DNA from: Chthoniobacteraceae bacterium | Lineage (GTDB): Bacteria > Verrucomicrobiota > Verrucomicrobiia > Chthoniobacterales > Chthoniobacteraceae | Reading direction: 5' to 3' | Length of the DNA: 60,500 nt | NCBI GenBank assembly: GCA_031409655.1 | Contig: JANNXQ010000103.1 | Coordinates: forward strand, 1 to 60,500 | Part shown: positions 9,540 to 19,410 of the stretch, in pieces | How positions within the stretch are numbered: the stretch's first letter is position 1 | Layout of the letters: each line of letters begins with the position of its first letter | The notes under the pieces: model-generated | What the model was told of the DNA's origin: nothing | The model's database searches: none | The model's input: the letters and a program-made list of their open reading frames with translations, nothing else | Translations under genes and position numbers: made by a program

Positions 9540-12500
9540 TCATGGCGCGAGCGTCGCACTGATGCGGAAAAAGCGCGCCTTTTTGCCAGCGAGGAATGCG
9601 GGATACGGCACGCTCACGATCTGGTTCACGCCGTCGTCGGCGAGCACCGCGGGCATCACTGTGCTGTTCACCCACGTTATCAGGTCGGCGCTGAACTGCG
9701 GCGTGTAGGTCAGTCCTGCCGCGACGTAATTTTTGCGCCGCACAAACAGCGCGCGGAAATCCACGCCGATCCCACTCGGCTCCATCCACCTTCGCGGCAG
9801 GCCCGTGGCCGCGATCGTCCCCCCGCCGGCCAGCGTTCCCGCGTATTGCAGCTCGCCGCTTCCGCCGGTCACGGGGTGGATGCCGAAGGCGAAATTGAGC
9901 AGGTTCGCGAGGCCGTTCGCCCCGGTCGCGTTCGGATCACTCGCCACGCCATTCGCCCCGGCCCAATCCTGAAACGCCGTCTGCCGCGTGATGACCACCG
10001 TGTAGGGCTTAGTCGTGGTGCCGTCCTGGGCGGTCACGAGAATGGGGATCGGATTCGCGGCGACGTTCAGTGCGACGGGTGTGGCGGGGCTGGTGCTGTG
10101 GACGGTGACGGTAGCATCGGGGTCGGCCACGGTGGGCATCACGATCAGCGTGGTGGTCGCGTTGGAAACCACAGCCGTATAGTTCACCGTCCCCGGGTTG
10201 AAAGCTGGCGACAGCGTGCCACTGCTCAGCGCCAACCCGCTCAGGTTGGCGTTGGTGATCAACTCGTCTGCGCCAATGTCAGGAGTGGTGCCGCTTCTCG
10301 TCTGGCCGTCGTAATCCGTCGTCACTCCGGGCACCGGCGTGCCGGTGTTGTTGACCAAGACGTTGCCGCCGGGGACGAGGCGCAGATCGCCGGTGGCGGC
10401 GTTCACGAACATGGCGCTGGTGAAGTTGCCGCCGGGCGGGCCCGCGCTGGAGTGCCGATCGCTGGGGACGTTGATCTGCCATTGCGCATAGGTTATGGGA
10501 TGGGTGAGGTTATCAGTGCCGTCCCCGCCGTCGAAGAAGTCCAGGGTCTCATTCAGACCGGTGCCGGTATAGATATTGTAGTCCATGTCCAGCGTGCCGG
10601 TGCTCAAAGTGTAGTGGTTTGCAGGAAAATTATCGCCGCTGCCGGCACCGGTCCTGGTGCGCAGGTTGAGAAAGATATTGTTCTTCACCGTGGCGGTGGA
10701 GGTGCCGACGCGGCTGAAGGCCCGGGTGCTCTGGATGGGATCGGTGTTGGCGCCGGTGATGAGCACGGTGTTGTGGACGATCAGAATCGTGCTGCCACTG
10801 GCCCCCGAATCCTGGATGCCCCAGAGACGATACGGCGTGTCGCCCGCAGGACTGAGCGTGACCATGTTGTTCAGCACGGTGACGCTCTGGCCCACACCCG
10901 GGCTGAAGACGATGCCACCGGCGCCACCCGGATTGCCTAGGTAGATGCGGTTGCCTGCCACCGTCATTGCGCCGGTCTGGGCGGACAGATCGATGCCGAA
11001 GGCAGTGCCGCTCGTCGGCAAGTCGTGGACGAAGTTACCGCGAATCGTGTTCGTCCCGACAGCGTTGAAAGCGATGCCGTGGAGATTGGTCGTGCGCGAG
11101 GCGGTCTGGAAAATCGTGTTGCCGGCGATGGTCCATGAATCGCTGGCAGACGCCACGTTCACGCCATTCGCCGTGAAGTTGAACAGCTCGTTGTTGGAAA
11201 TCGTGTTGTTGCTGTTCGACAAGGTGTCCCAACTGCCAAATGAAACCACCAGAGAAGCAGGCACGCCTGTGGCATCGCTGCGGTTGCGGATCTGGCAGCC
11301 TGTTACCGTGTTGTTGTCATTACCGGTGATCGCGCCCGTGCTGAACAGCACTGCGCCCACGTTCGCGTCGGTTGCCGCACCTTCGATTACGCAGTTTCGC
11401 ACGGTGTTGTTCGAGGCGTCGTTGATGAACACGACGGTCGCGCCGCCGGTGTTCGTATTGCGAAAGGTCAAATAGCGCCCGGCGCCGCCGAAGCTGCCGT
11501 CGAATGTTACGCGCTGCACTCCGTTCAGCCGGATGAGTCCGCTCGCGGCCGCGCCGGAGATCGTCCGCATCGTCGCGCTGTCCGGCTGAATGGTCACAGC
11601 GAAGGCATTGGCGAGTGGGTAGCCGTTGTTAGAGGTCAGCGCATTCAGCACCGTGCTGCCGTTCTCGGCGGGGTTGCCCGTGAGGTTCACGGTGAGGTTG
11701 CCGGTGAGCATGCGCGAATTGAGCGCGGCAAAAAGTCCGCCTGCGCCGCTGAGGCTCGTGAAGGTGCCACCCGGGCCGACTGTCACCGTGCCGCCGATCG
11801 TGTTCACGATGGTATAACTGTTCACGCCGGTGGTGGGCTTCGCGCTCAGGTTTTGCACCGAGTTGCCTGTCGTCACCGCGCCAATCGGATTCGATTTGAA
11901 ATTGCCGGCCGTATCCTGCGCGACCACAAAGTATTGGATCGTATCACCCACGCTCACGCCGCCGCCGGTGAGCAAAGAGTGATCGACCGTAAAGCTATAA
12001 GGGCTGCTTCCATTGTTGGCGGCCACGTACTTCCAACCATTGCCGGTCGAGTCATTGGCCGCCCCAAAGACATCGGCATCCGTGCTCTTCTTAAAGTAGA
12101 AACGCGGCGCATTCGCACCGCCGGAGATGCCGGAGGCGCTGATGATGCCTGCCCAGCCGCTCAGCATGCGGTTCGCGGTGGTACCGATGCCGAGCAGCGG
12201 GTAGCTGATGCCAAACCCGAAGTCGCCCGCATCCGCCCCGATGTCCACGGGCGAGAGGGCGCTGCGGGCCTGTCCGTCGAAATCATCCATGGCGCTGGCG
12301 ACAGGCGTGCCCGCGCTCTCGACGAGGCTGCCAGCCTGCACGTGCAAGTCCACCGTGGCGAAGGTGCCGGAGGAATTCAGGTAGAGCGGGTTGCCGTTGA
12401 GGCTCGCGGTGTCCACCCCTGTCGCGGTCTGCCAAGCGGCCAGGGTGGTGCGGTCCGCGCCGTTGTAGCTGCCAAGCACGCCACCAGTGCCACTGACAAA

Positions 12501-15500
12501 GAAGATGTCGTTATTGGCGGTCAGCCCGGCGGGGTTTCCCGTCGTGCCGCCATAGGCCACGGCATAGTGCTTGCCGGTGCCGCCGCTGTTGCTGCGGGCA
12601 TTGACGAAGATGTTATTGCGGAAGTCGCGCAAATTAGTCGTGCCAATGCTGAGGAAGGCCTGCGTGTTGTTCCCGCCGGAAGTCTGCGTGCCGCCGACGA
12701 TGATGGAATTGTGGTAGAAGTTGCGGCCCGCCGTCCCGCCGTTGTCGTAGATGCCGCGCACGGTGCCCGCGTTCGCCGTGCTGGCAGCGTCCGCCTTCAA
12801 CCCCACCCGCACCATATTGTTCTGCGCCGTGAAGGTTCCGGCGGCGAACTGCATTCCATTCACCTGCGAGCCTGTGCCGGTGGAGGAAACCGCGAGGCTA
12901 TGCACCAGATTGCGCTCAATGAGATTCGGGCGCGTCGTGGCGCCACCCGCGTAGGAAATCCCCGTGACCGTCACATTCGCCGAGGCGGCGGTGTTAGCGA
13001 GCGAATGCACGATATTTTGGGAAATGGTCTGGCCCGCCTCGCTCGAGGACAGACTGATGCCCAGCGCCGACGCCGAAAACGAGTTCTGGCTCGTCGTGGA
13101 CAGGTTGCGGACGATGTTGCCACTAATCGTGTTCACGCCATCGGCAGTCGCGATCCCGGAAATCTGTGCGCCGGTGACGGTGCCGGTCACATTGTTATTG
13201 AGATTGGCCACCGTATTCCCCGTGATGTTCGCGCTGCCGCTGCCGCTTAAGACCTCGACGACGTTGATGCCGATGACTTGCTGCGCGGCGTTGACCGAGG
13301 AGGCGGCGTTGAGGCTGTTGGCCGTGGTGTTGCTGCCGACTGTGTTGTTGGCAATCGTGTAGGTTCCGAGGCCAACTTGAATACCAATGAGCGAGGAGTC
13401 GCTGAAGCCGCTCGCGGTAAGGGAACCGATGGTATTGTTGGCGATGGCCACCGTGCCGGTGGTTTCTGCGGCAATGCCAATGGTCGTGTGCGGCGTGAGC
13501 GCGGCCGTCACGGCAATGGAACCCGTGCCGGTCGCGCTGCCGATGGTGTTTCCAGTGACAGTGCCCACATTCACCGAACCATCCCCCACACCAATCCCCG
13601 TCCATGCCGAACTGCGGAGCCAATTGATATTCCGAATGACATTGCCCTGAATGTTGCTCGGCGTGATGGTGCCGACGCGGAGATAGATGCCCGTGAACTC
13701 ATACGAGTTCGTCGTGCCGAGCGTCCAAGGCGTGCCACCCGCGTTTGGCGCGCTGCCACCGATGAAGTTGCCGCTGACGGTGAAGTTATTGCCCGCGGTG
13801 TTCACGATGGAGATGGGGAAGGCCCCTTCAAATTGCACGGGTGCGCGGCTGGCCGTCTGGTAAAAGCTATTGCCGCTGATCGTCCATTCGGTGTTTCCGG
13901 AACCAAGCCACACGCCCGCGGATTCCGAGGAGGTGGAATAGAAGTTGAGGATGTTACAGTTCGAAACGGAGTTGCCGCTGTTCTGCATTGCGGGGGTGTC
14001 GATCGAGCCGAGTGAATAGATCGCTTTGGCAGGCGTAGTCGAACCGGCGCGGATATCGCAGTGGTCGATCGTATTGTTGTCGTTGCCGTTCGCGCCGGTG
14101 GTGGTATGGAAGACGACAGTGCCGCTGGTGGCGCTGGTGTTCACGCTTTGCAGCGTAAGATAGCTCAGGGTGTTGTTGCTGGCCTCATTGATGAAGCGCA
14201 CCGCCACACCGCCCGTGGCGGTGTTGGCGATGGTCAGTTGCTTCGCCGTCCCCGTGCCTCCAGGCCGGCCATCAATGATGACAAACTTCGCTCCATTCAA
14301 ATCTACCGTGGCTGCCGTGGTGTTCGCGCTGGTGATGGCGAGCCCCGTGGCCCCGGTCTGCGGGCGCAGCGTGAGCGTGTTCACGGTGGTGCCGGTGAGG
14401 TCCGTGAACGTGAGCGGGAAATTTTCGACGGTGCTGGAATAGCCGGGCTGGAGTTCCAGCACCAGCGGCCCGCCGAATCCCGATCCTTGGACATCCAGGA
14501 TGGCATTGCCGATGTTCGAATAGTAGCCCGTGGGGCCGATGGTCTTTGTCCCCGAAAGCGGCAACCCGGTGAAGCCGATGCCCGCGAGCGCGATGTCAAA
14601 CGGGTTTCGATTTGGGTCGCTACTGGCGATGTGCAAGGCCGCAGTCTTATTGCCCGTGACGTTGGGTGTGAAGGTCACGGTGAAGGTGAAGGTGCCGCCT
14701 GGAGCCAGAGTGCTGCCGACGCCTGTGGCATCCATCGTGAAGAGGCCCGCATCCGTGCCGTCCTTATTTATTGCCCCGACCGTGAGGCTGGCTTCGCCAG
14801 TATTTCGGATGATGAATGTCTTTGCCAGTGGCGTGCCGTTTGGCACCCAGCCAAATGAAACAGTCGAATTTCCGTCCAGCAGGCTGGTTCCCGCGGGCTG
14901 TTCCACCCCGATGGCGGCGGCGGCGAATTCATCGCTTCCGATGTCCGGGGACACGGGGCTCCTCGGCTGGCCGTCGAAATCATCAGTGACCGCAGCGAGG
15001 GGGGCTCCCAGGCCGCTGGTGGGGCTCGAGGACTGGACGTGCAGATTCCCAGTCGCTGCGTTGCCGGTCGGATTTATAAAAAGCGGATCGGCGACGATAC
15101 TGGCGGCGTCCAAGCCGGTCGCAGTCTGCCATGCGGCGAGCGTGGTGCGATCAGCAAAGTTGTAATTGCCGAGCACGGCGCCGGTGCCGGCAGCGAAGAA
15201 GAGGTTGTTGTCCGCGCGCAGTCCGGTGAGTGAGTTGCTGACGCTGAAGTACACGGCGAAGTGAGTGCCACCGGTGCGAGTGTTCACGAAGATGTTATTG
15301 CGGAAGTCGCGGGTGTTGGCTGAGCCGGCGCTGCTGAAGGCATGGGTGAAGTTGGAGACAATAGTTTGCGTGCCGCCGACAAAAACGGAGTTGTGGTAGA
15401 AATTCCGGCCCGCACTGGTGCCGTTGTCGAGGATGCCGGATAACGCCGAACCGCCAGCCGTGTTCGCTCCACTCGCGGCGAGGCCCACGCGCACCATGTT

Positions 15501-17357
15501 ATTCTGCGCGGTGAAAGAACCTGCATCGAAGTGCATCCCGCGCAGCGATGAAATCGTGCTGGTGGAGGCGATGGAAAGGCTGTGGACAAAATTACGCGCG
15601 ACGACATTTCCGGCGGTGGCACTCGCCGAATAGTAGATCCCATAGACATGCACGCCTGCCGAGGCCGCAGTGTTCGACAGCGAATGCACCACGTTTTGGG
15701 AAACGGTCTGCCCCGCCGCAAACGCGGACTGGCTGATGCCCACCACCGACGCCGAGGTGTCCGCGCTGGAGTTTGGGCTCGTCGTGGACAGGTTGCGGAC
15801 GGTATTGCCGGTGACGGTGTTCACGCCGGCGGAAGTCGCGATGCCGCGAATCTGTTGACTGGGGTAAGTGCCGGCATAGTTGTTGTTGAGATTGGCCACG
15901 GTGTTGCTTGTGATGCTCGCACCGCTGCTGCTGGCGCTTTCGATGCCGACGACTCGCGGCCCGCTGTTGCCGGCGGTGGACGCAGCGGCGGCGTTGAGGC
16001 TGTTGGGCGTGATGAGACTGCCGACAAGATTGTTGGAAATGGTATTCGCGCCGCCAGTCACCTGCACCCCGATGAGCGATGGTTCGCCCAAACCATTCGT
16101 GGTCATCGAGCCGATGGTGTTGTTGGCGATGGCCACCGCCCCGCTGCTCGTCGAGCCGATGCCAAAGGTCATCCCTTCGGGGCCCCCCGATGTGACAGAA
16201 ATGGAACCCGTGCCGGAGCCGCTGCCGATGGTATTGCCGGTGGTTGTGCCGATGTTCGCCGCACCCGCCGTAACATAAATTCCGCTCCAGATGCCGGGCG
16301 ATGTGTTGAAGACGCTGGAACCCGTCCAGACGATGTTCGCGATGGTATTGCCATTCACGCTGCTCGGCGTGGTGGTCCCGACATTGAGCCGGATACCTTG
16401 GAACCAATATGCCACCGTGGTGCCGGTCGTGGTCCACGCCGTGCCGATCGCATTCGGCGCGCTGCCGCCGATGGAGTTGCCAGTTACCGTAAAGTTGTTG
16501 CCGGAAGTGTTGTTGACGAAGATGGGTCGAATGTTCGCAGCCACCGCCGCACGGCTAGCCGTTTGGTAAAAGCTGTTGCCGGTGATGGTCCAATCGGTGT
16601 TGCCGCCATCGAGTCGCGCGCCTGCCGCATCGACCGCTGTGGCGGCGTAGAAATTGAAGATGTTGCAGTTGGAAATGGTGTTGCCGCTGTTGTTCTGCGC
16701 TGGGGTGCCAGTAGAGCCGACCGAGTAGAGGCTGTTGGCCGGTGTGCTCGCGCCGTCCCGGACATCGCAGTGCTCCAGGGTGTTGTTGTCGTTACCATTC
16801 GCGCCGGTGGTCGTGCTGAAAAGGACCGTGCCGCTGGTCGCGCTAGTGTTCACACCCCGGAATGTGGTGTAGCGAAGGGTGTTGCTGCTCGCCTCATTGA
16901 TGAAGCGCACCGCCACTCCGCTGGTGCTGGTATTTGCGATCGTAAGTTGCGAGGCCGCGCCGCCGCCGCTCCCGGCATTGCTGCCCACGCCGCCGGGCCG
17001 CCCGTCAATGGTTACAAACTTCGCGCCATTCAGATCTATCGTCGCCGCGGTGGTGTTCGCACTGGAGATGGCGAGTGCCGTCGCGCCGCTGGCCGGGCGG
17101 ATGGTGAGGGTGTTCACCGCGCTCGCGCCATTCAGCGCCGGGATGGTGAGCGGGAAGGTTTCGACGGTGCCAATGTAGGTAGCCTGCAACTCCAGCACGA
17201 GCGCCCCTCCCAGCGACTGCGCCTGCACCTCCGCGATGGCCCCGGTGAGGGAAGGGTAGTCGCCGCTTGGGCCGACGGTGCGGGTGCCGAAGAGCGCCGC
17301 ATTTGCGGAATAACGAATGGCGAATGAAAAAAAAATCAGGGCGAGGACATGTTTCAT
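9540..17357 (-). CDS. Giant (about 2605 aa) secreted surface protein: three beta-helix modules, an Ig-like domain, a cadherin-like beta-sandwich and a C-terminal putative sorting domain
   Basis: Signal peptide from ATG 17357. Three homologous modules start T(V/I)GPxGxY/FxS/N and end DIG(S/A)D. N/T/G/S-rich repeats. LSGLALSSGTLSPAFNP..VTAQDGTT..YTV. C-terminus NGLANLLNFAFG..YTPQFSADL..RFFRI. Confidence 0.88.
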   Translation of the reverse strand: MKHVLALIFFSFAIRYSANAALFGTRTVGPSGDYPSLTGAIAEVQAQSLGGALVLELQATYIGTVETFPLTIPALNGASAVNTLTIRPASGATALAISSANTTAATIDLNGAKFVTIDGRPGGVGSNAGSGGGAASQLTIANTSTSGVAVRFINEASSNTLRYTTFRGVNTSATSGTVLFSTTTGANGNDNNTLEHCDVRDGASTPANSLYSVGSTGTPAQNNSGNTISNCNIFNFYAATAVDAAGARLDGGNTDWTITGNSFYQTASRAAVAANIRPIFVNNTSGNNFTVTGNSIGGSAPNAIGTAWTTTGTTVAYWFQGIRLNVGTTTPSSVNGNTIANIVWTGSSVFNTSPGIWSGIYVTAGAANIGTTTGNTIGSGSGTGSISVTSGGPEGMTFGIGSTSSGAVAIANNTIGSMTTNGLGEPSLIGVQVTGGANTISNNLVGSLITPNSLNAAAASTAGNSGPRVVGIESASSSGASITSNTVANLNNNYAGTYPSQQIRGIATSAGVNTVTGNTVRNLSTTSPNSSADTSASVVGISQSAFAAGQTVSQNVVHSLSNTAASAGVHVYGIYYSASATAGNVVARNFVHSLSIASTSTISSLRGMHFDAGSFTAQNNMVRVGLAASGANTAGGSALSGILDNGTSAGRNFYHNSVFVGGTQTIVSNFTHAFSSAGSANTRDFRNNIFVNTRTGGTHFAVYFSVSNSLTGLRADNNLFFAAGTGAVLGNYNFADRTTLAAWQTATGLDAASIVADPLFINPTGNAATGNLHVQSSSPTSGLGAPLAAVTDDFDGQPRSPVSPDIGSDEFAAAAIGVEQPAGTSLLDGNSTVSFGWVPNGTPLAKTFIIRNTGEASLTVGAINKDGTDAGLFTMDATGVGSTLAPGGTFTFTVTFTPNVTGNKTAALHIASSDPNRNPFDIALAGIGFTGLPLSGTKTIGPTGYYSNIGNAILDVQGSGFGGPLVLELQPGYSSTVENFPLTFTDLTGTTVNTLTLRPQTGATGLAITSANTTAATVDLNGAKFVIIDGRPGGTGTAKQLTIANTATGGVAVRFINEASNNTLSYLTLQSVNTSATSGTVVFHTTTGANGNDNNTIDHCDIRAGSTTPAKAIYSLGSIDTPAMQNSGNSVSNCNILNFYSTSSESAGVWLGSGNTEWTISGNSFYQTASRAPVQFEGAFPISIVNTAGNNFTVSGNFIGGSAPNAGGTPWTLGTTNSYEFTGIYLRVGTITPSNIQGNVIRNINWLRSSAWTGIGVGDGSVNVGTVTGNTIGSATGTGSIAVTAALTPHTTIGIAAETTGTVAIANNTIGSLTASGFSDSSLIGIQVGLGTYTIANNTVGSNTTANSLNAASSVNAAQQVIGINVVEVLSGSGSANITGNTVANLNNNVTGTVTGAQISGIATADGVNTISGNIVRNLSTTSQNSFSASALGISLSSSEAGQTISQNIVHSLANTAASANVTVTGISYAGGATTRPNLIERNLVHSLAVSSTGTGSQVNGMQFAAGTFTAQNNMVRVGLKADAASTANAGTVRGIYDNGGTAGRNFYHNSIIVGGTQTSGGNNTQAFLSIGTTNLRDFRNNIFVNARSNSGGTGKHYAVAYGGTTGNPAGLTANNDIFFVSGTGGVLGSYNGADRTTLAAWQTATGVDTASLNGNPLYLNSSGTFATVDLHVQAGSLVESAGTPVASAMDDFDGQARSALSPVDIGADAGDFGFGISYPLLGIGTTANRMLSGWAGIISASGISGGANAPRFYFKKSTDADVFGAANDSTGNGWKYVAANNGSSPYSFTVDHSLLTGGGVSVGDTIQYFVVAQDTAGNFKSNPIGAVTTGNSVQNLSAKPTTGVNSYTIVNTIGGTVTVGPGGTFTSLSGAGGLFAALNSRMLTGNLTVNLTGNPAENGSTVLNALTSNNGYPLANAFAVTIQPDSATMRTISGAAASGLIRLNGVQRVTFDGSFGGAGRYLTFRNTNTGGATVVFINDASNNTVRNCVIEGAATDANVGAVLFSTGAITGNDNNTVTGCQIRNRSDATGVPASLVVSFGSWDTLSNSNNTISNNELFNFTANGVNVASASDSWTIAGNTIFQTASRTTNLHGIAFNAVGTNTIRGNFVHDLPTSGTAFGIDLSAQTGAMTVAGNRIYLGNPGGAGGIVFSPGVGQSVTVLNNMVTLSPAGDTPYRLWGIQDSGASGSTILIVHNTVLITGANTDPIQSTRAFSRVGTSTATVKNNIFLNLRTRTGAGSGDNFPANHYTLSTGTLDMDYNIYTGTGLNETLDFFDGGDGTDNLTHPITYAQWQINVPSDRHSSAGPPGGNFTSAMFVNAATGDLRLVPGGNVLVNNTGTPVPGVTTDYDGQTRSGTTPDIGADELITNANLSGLALSSGTLSPAFNPGTVNYTAVVSNATTTLIVMPTVADPDATVTVHSTSPATPVALNVAANPIPILVTAQDGTTTKPYTVVITRQTAFQDWAGANGVASDPNATGANGLANLLNFAFGIHPVTGGSGELQYAGTLAGGGTIAATGLPRRWMEPSGIGVDFRALFVRRKNYVAAGLTYTPQFSADLITWVNSTVMPAVLADDGVNQIVSVPYPAFLAGKKARFFRISATLAP

Positions 17358-17633
17358 TGGGGAGAGCGTGGTGCCCTGGGCAAGGTAATCAGATTCACCC
17401 CGGCGGGCCAACGAGATTTCCCGACTCGCCGAGCGGCGAGGTGGAAAAATTCCGCGACGATCGCACCGCCAACGCCCCCTGCTTCCCCTGTGACCAAAAG
17501 AAAATCGGCTGTTCGCTTTTCGGCTCGGCGCGTGACTGAAGACAGCAGAACTCATGAACTCACCGTCACCACAGAAATCGATTTTCGTCGCGGGCTGGAC
17601 ACTCGCGTTGGCAGGGAATCACAAGAGCAGAAT

Positions 17634-17981
17634 ATGCTGAACGCACGGCACCAGTGCGGCGTCCAGGAGGCCGTGGCGCTGCTCAATTGCCGCAGGCTGC
17701 CCGGCAGGCTCAAACCCGCGGAGACGGCGTTGCTGCTCGGGTTTCAGGAGCACGATGTTGCGACGCTGGTGGCGGCGCGACTCTTGGCCCCGCTGGGAAA
17801 ACCCGCTCCCAACGCCCCAAAGTATTTTGCGGCGGTGGAATTGGAAGAGCTGGCGCGGAGTCGTGATTGGCTGGCTCAAGCGACGAAGGCGCTCGCAAAA
17901 TTTTGGTTGGGAAAAAATCACCGAAAGAAGACCGGCATCCACGGAATTGCCGTGGATGCCGAGGCGCTGCAGGCCGCCTGA
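17634..17981 (+). CDS. Small DNA-binding/excisionase-like protein
   Basis: LPGRLKPAETALLLGFQEHDVATLVAARLLAPLG HTH-like segment; convergent with the integrase. Confidence 0.6.
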   Translation: MLNARHQCGVQEAVALLNCRRLPGRLKPAETALLLGFQEHDVATLVAARLLAPLGKPAPNAPKYFAAVELEELARSRDWLAQATKALAKFWLGKNHRKKTGIHGIAVDAEALQAA

Positions 17982-18063
17982 CCTAGCCGGCGGCCTGGCG
18001 GAGATGTTCGGCTAGCGCGGACGTCATCGGGATGGCGACGAGGTTTTTCGGCTCACGGTTCTC

Positions 18064-19075
18064 TTAGGCTTCAAGCGGAGGGCAGACGACAATCGAGTCC
18101 CTCGCGTAGGCTTCATGAACCGCCCGGCTGGAGGGCCCGAGCGCGGCCTGGGCGAAGCGCTGGGGATACCCAGCGGATTTGGCGCGCTGCGCCCACGCGC
18201 GGCGGTAACAGTGGAGGCTGATTCCCGAAATGCCGGCCACCTTGCAGCGACGCCGAAACTCGGCGGCACGCATTTTTGCGGAGGTGTTAGAGATGGTGAC
18301 GAACAGTTTCCCCGACACCGGCAGGTGCGAGAGGAGTTCCCACAGGCGGTGGCCGATGGACAATTGCGCCAGCTGGCTGTCCTCGCCGAGTTTCATGCGG
18401 TGATAGATCAGCACGCGTTGATTGCGGTCGATGTCCTCGCCGCGCAGTTTTGCGCCGTCGCTCTGTGAGCAGCCGGTTTCCCACAGCAATTCGCAGTAGG
18501 CGCGGCGCTCGATGTTTTTTTCCGAGGCGATGATGCGCGCATGTTCGTCGGCGGTCACGGCGCGGCGGCGTGCCGTGACGAGCCTGGGCCATGCTTTGTT
18601 GGCGAGGATCGGCCACGCGAGCCAGCCGAGATTGACTGCCAGATTGTGGAGCCGTCGCAGATAGTGGTGGGTGGCATTGCCGCCGGCCCGCGGCACGCCA
18701 AGCAGGTCGTCGCTGGTCGTCGCTGGTCGTCGCGAGCAACGTCTTGTCGCGGATTGGATCAAGCGACTTGCTGTTCACGGCTCGGGTGCAGCGCTCCTGT
18801 GTGGAGGCTTTGCCGTGGCTCGCCATTTCCGCAATGACCTCGCGCCAGGTGCGGCTGGGCATTTTTGGATCATGCGGCGAGGCATAGGTCCGCGCGAGGG
18901 CGAGGTTGAGGATTGGCTGCTCGTGGGCTTCGTTCTTCGCGTGGTGCAGCTTTCCCGCGGCGTGTTCGTCCTTGGTGCCGAGGCTGCCCTGCTGCCCGGT
19001 CTGATTATCCTGCCAGTAAAAAACGCCGTTGCGGCGTTGGAAGATTTGGAATTTGGCTCTCACTTCGTTTTGCAT
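18064..19075 (-). pseudogene. Tyrosine recombinase/integrase, frameshifted
   Basis: Two overlapping ORFs (18287-19075 and 18064-18762) joined at a 10-bp tandem duplication. C-terminal LHCYRR..ALGPSS..VHEAY. Lies next to the tRNA 3' end. Confidence 0.85.
18705..18733. repeat. 10-bp tandem repeat GGTCGTCGCT x2.9 causing the integrase frameshift
   Basis: ggtcgtcgct ggtcgtcgct ggtcgtcgc read directly. Confidence 0.9.
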
Positions 19076-19156
19076 GTTGTGAGGCTAAGCCCGCCCAAGT
19101 TTTTCCGTTACCGGGTAGCCAGCGAGCAGTGGCGGAGTGGTGAGGGAGTTTTGCGC

Positions 19157-19217
19157 TCCCTGAAACTCTGCTGACAGTTTTGCTGACAATTCCCTGAAAA
19201 ACGGCTTCGCTGTCAGA
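19157..19217. promoter_or_regulatory. Putative integrase arm-type binding sites
   Basis: Direct repeats TGCTGACA (19169, 19181) and TCCCTGAAA (19157, 19191), plus inverted TGTCAG (19211), between integrase and tRNA. Confidence 0.45.
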
Positions 19218-19248
19218 ATAAGTCACTAACGATGAGGGACTTTGGGAA

Positions 19249-19324
19249 TGGCTCCTGAGGTAGGACTTGAACCTACGACCACCTGATTAACAGTCAAGCG
19301 CTCTACCAACTGAGCTACTCAGGA
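19249..19324 (-). tRNA. tRNA-Asn (GTT)
   Basis: 76 nt: TCCTGAGTAGCTCAGTTGGTAGAGCG CTTGA CTGTTAA TCAGG ..GGTTCAAGTCC..CTCAGGAGCCA, with encoded CCA. Confidence 0.97.
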
Positions 19325-19410
19325 ATTCCCGAAAAGAGGGTGCGCATTTATGCAGCACTCGGACCATGCGGGCAACAGTTTTTTTGCGGATGATTGCCGC
19401 GCGGCCGGGC

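Noticed and set aside
9510..17327. Long + strand ORFs opposite the giant gene
   Set aside because: Shadow ORFs typical of high-GC coding DNA; no recognisable motifs.
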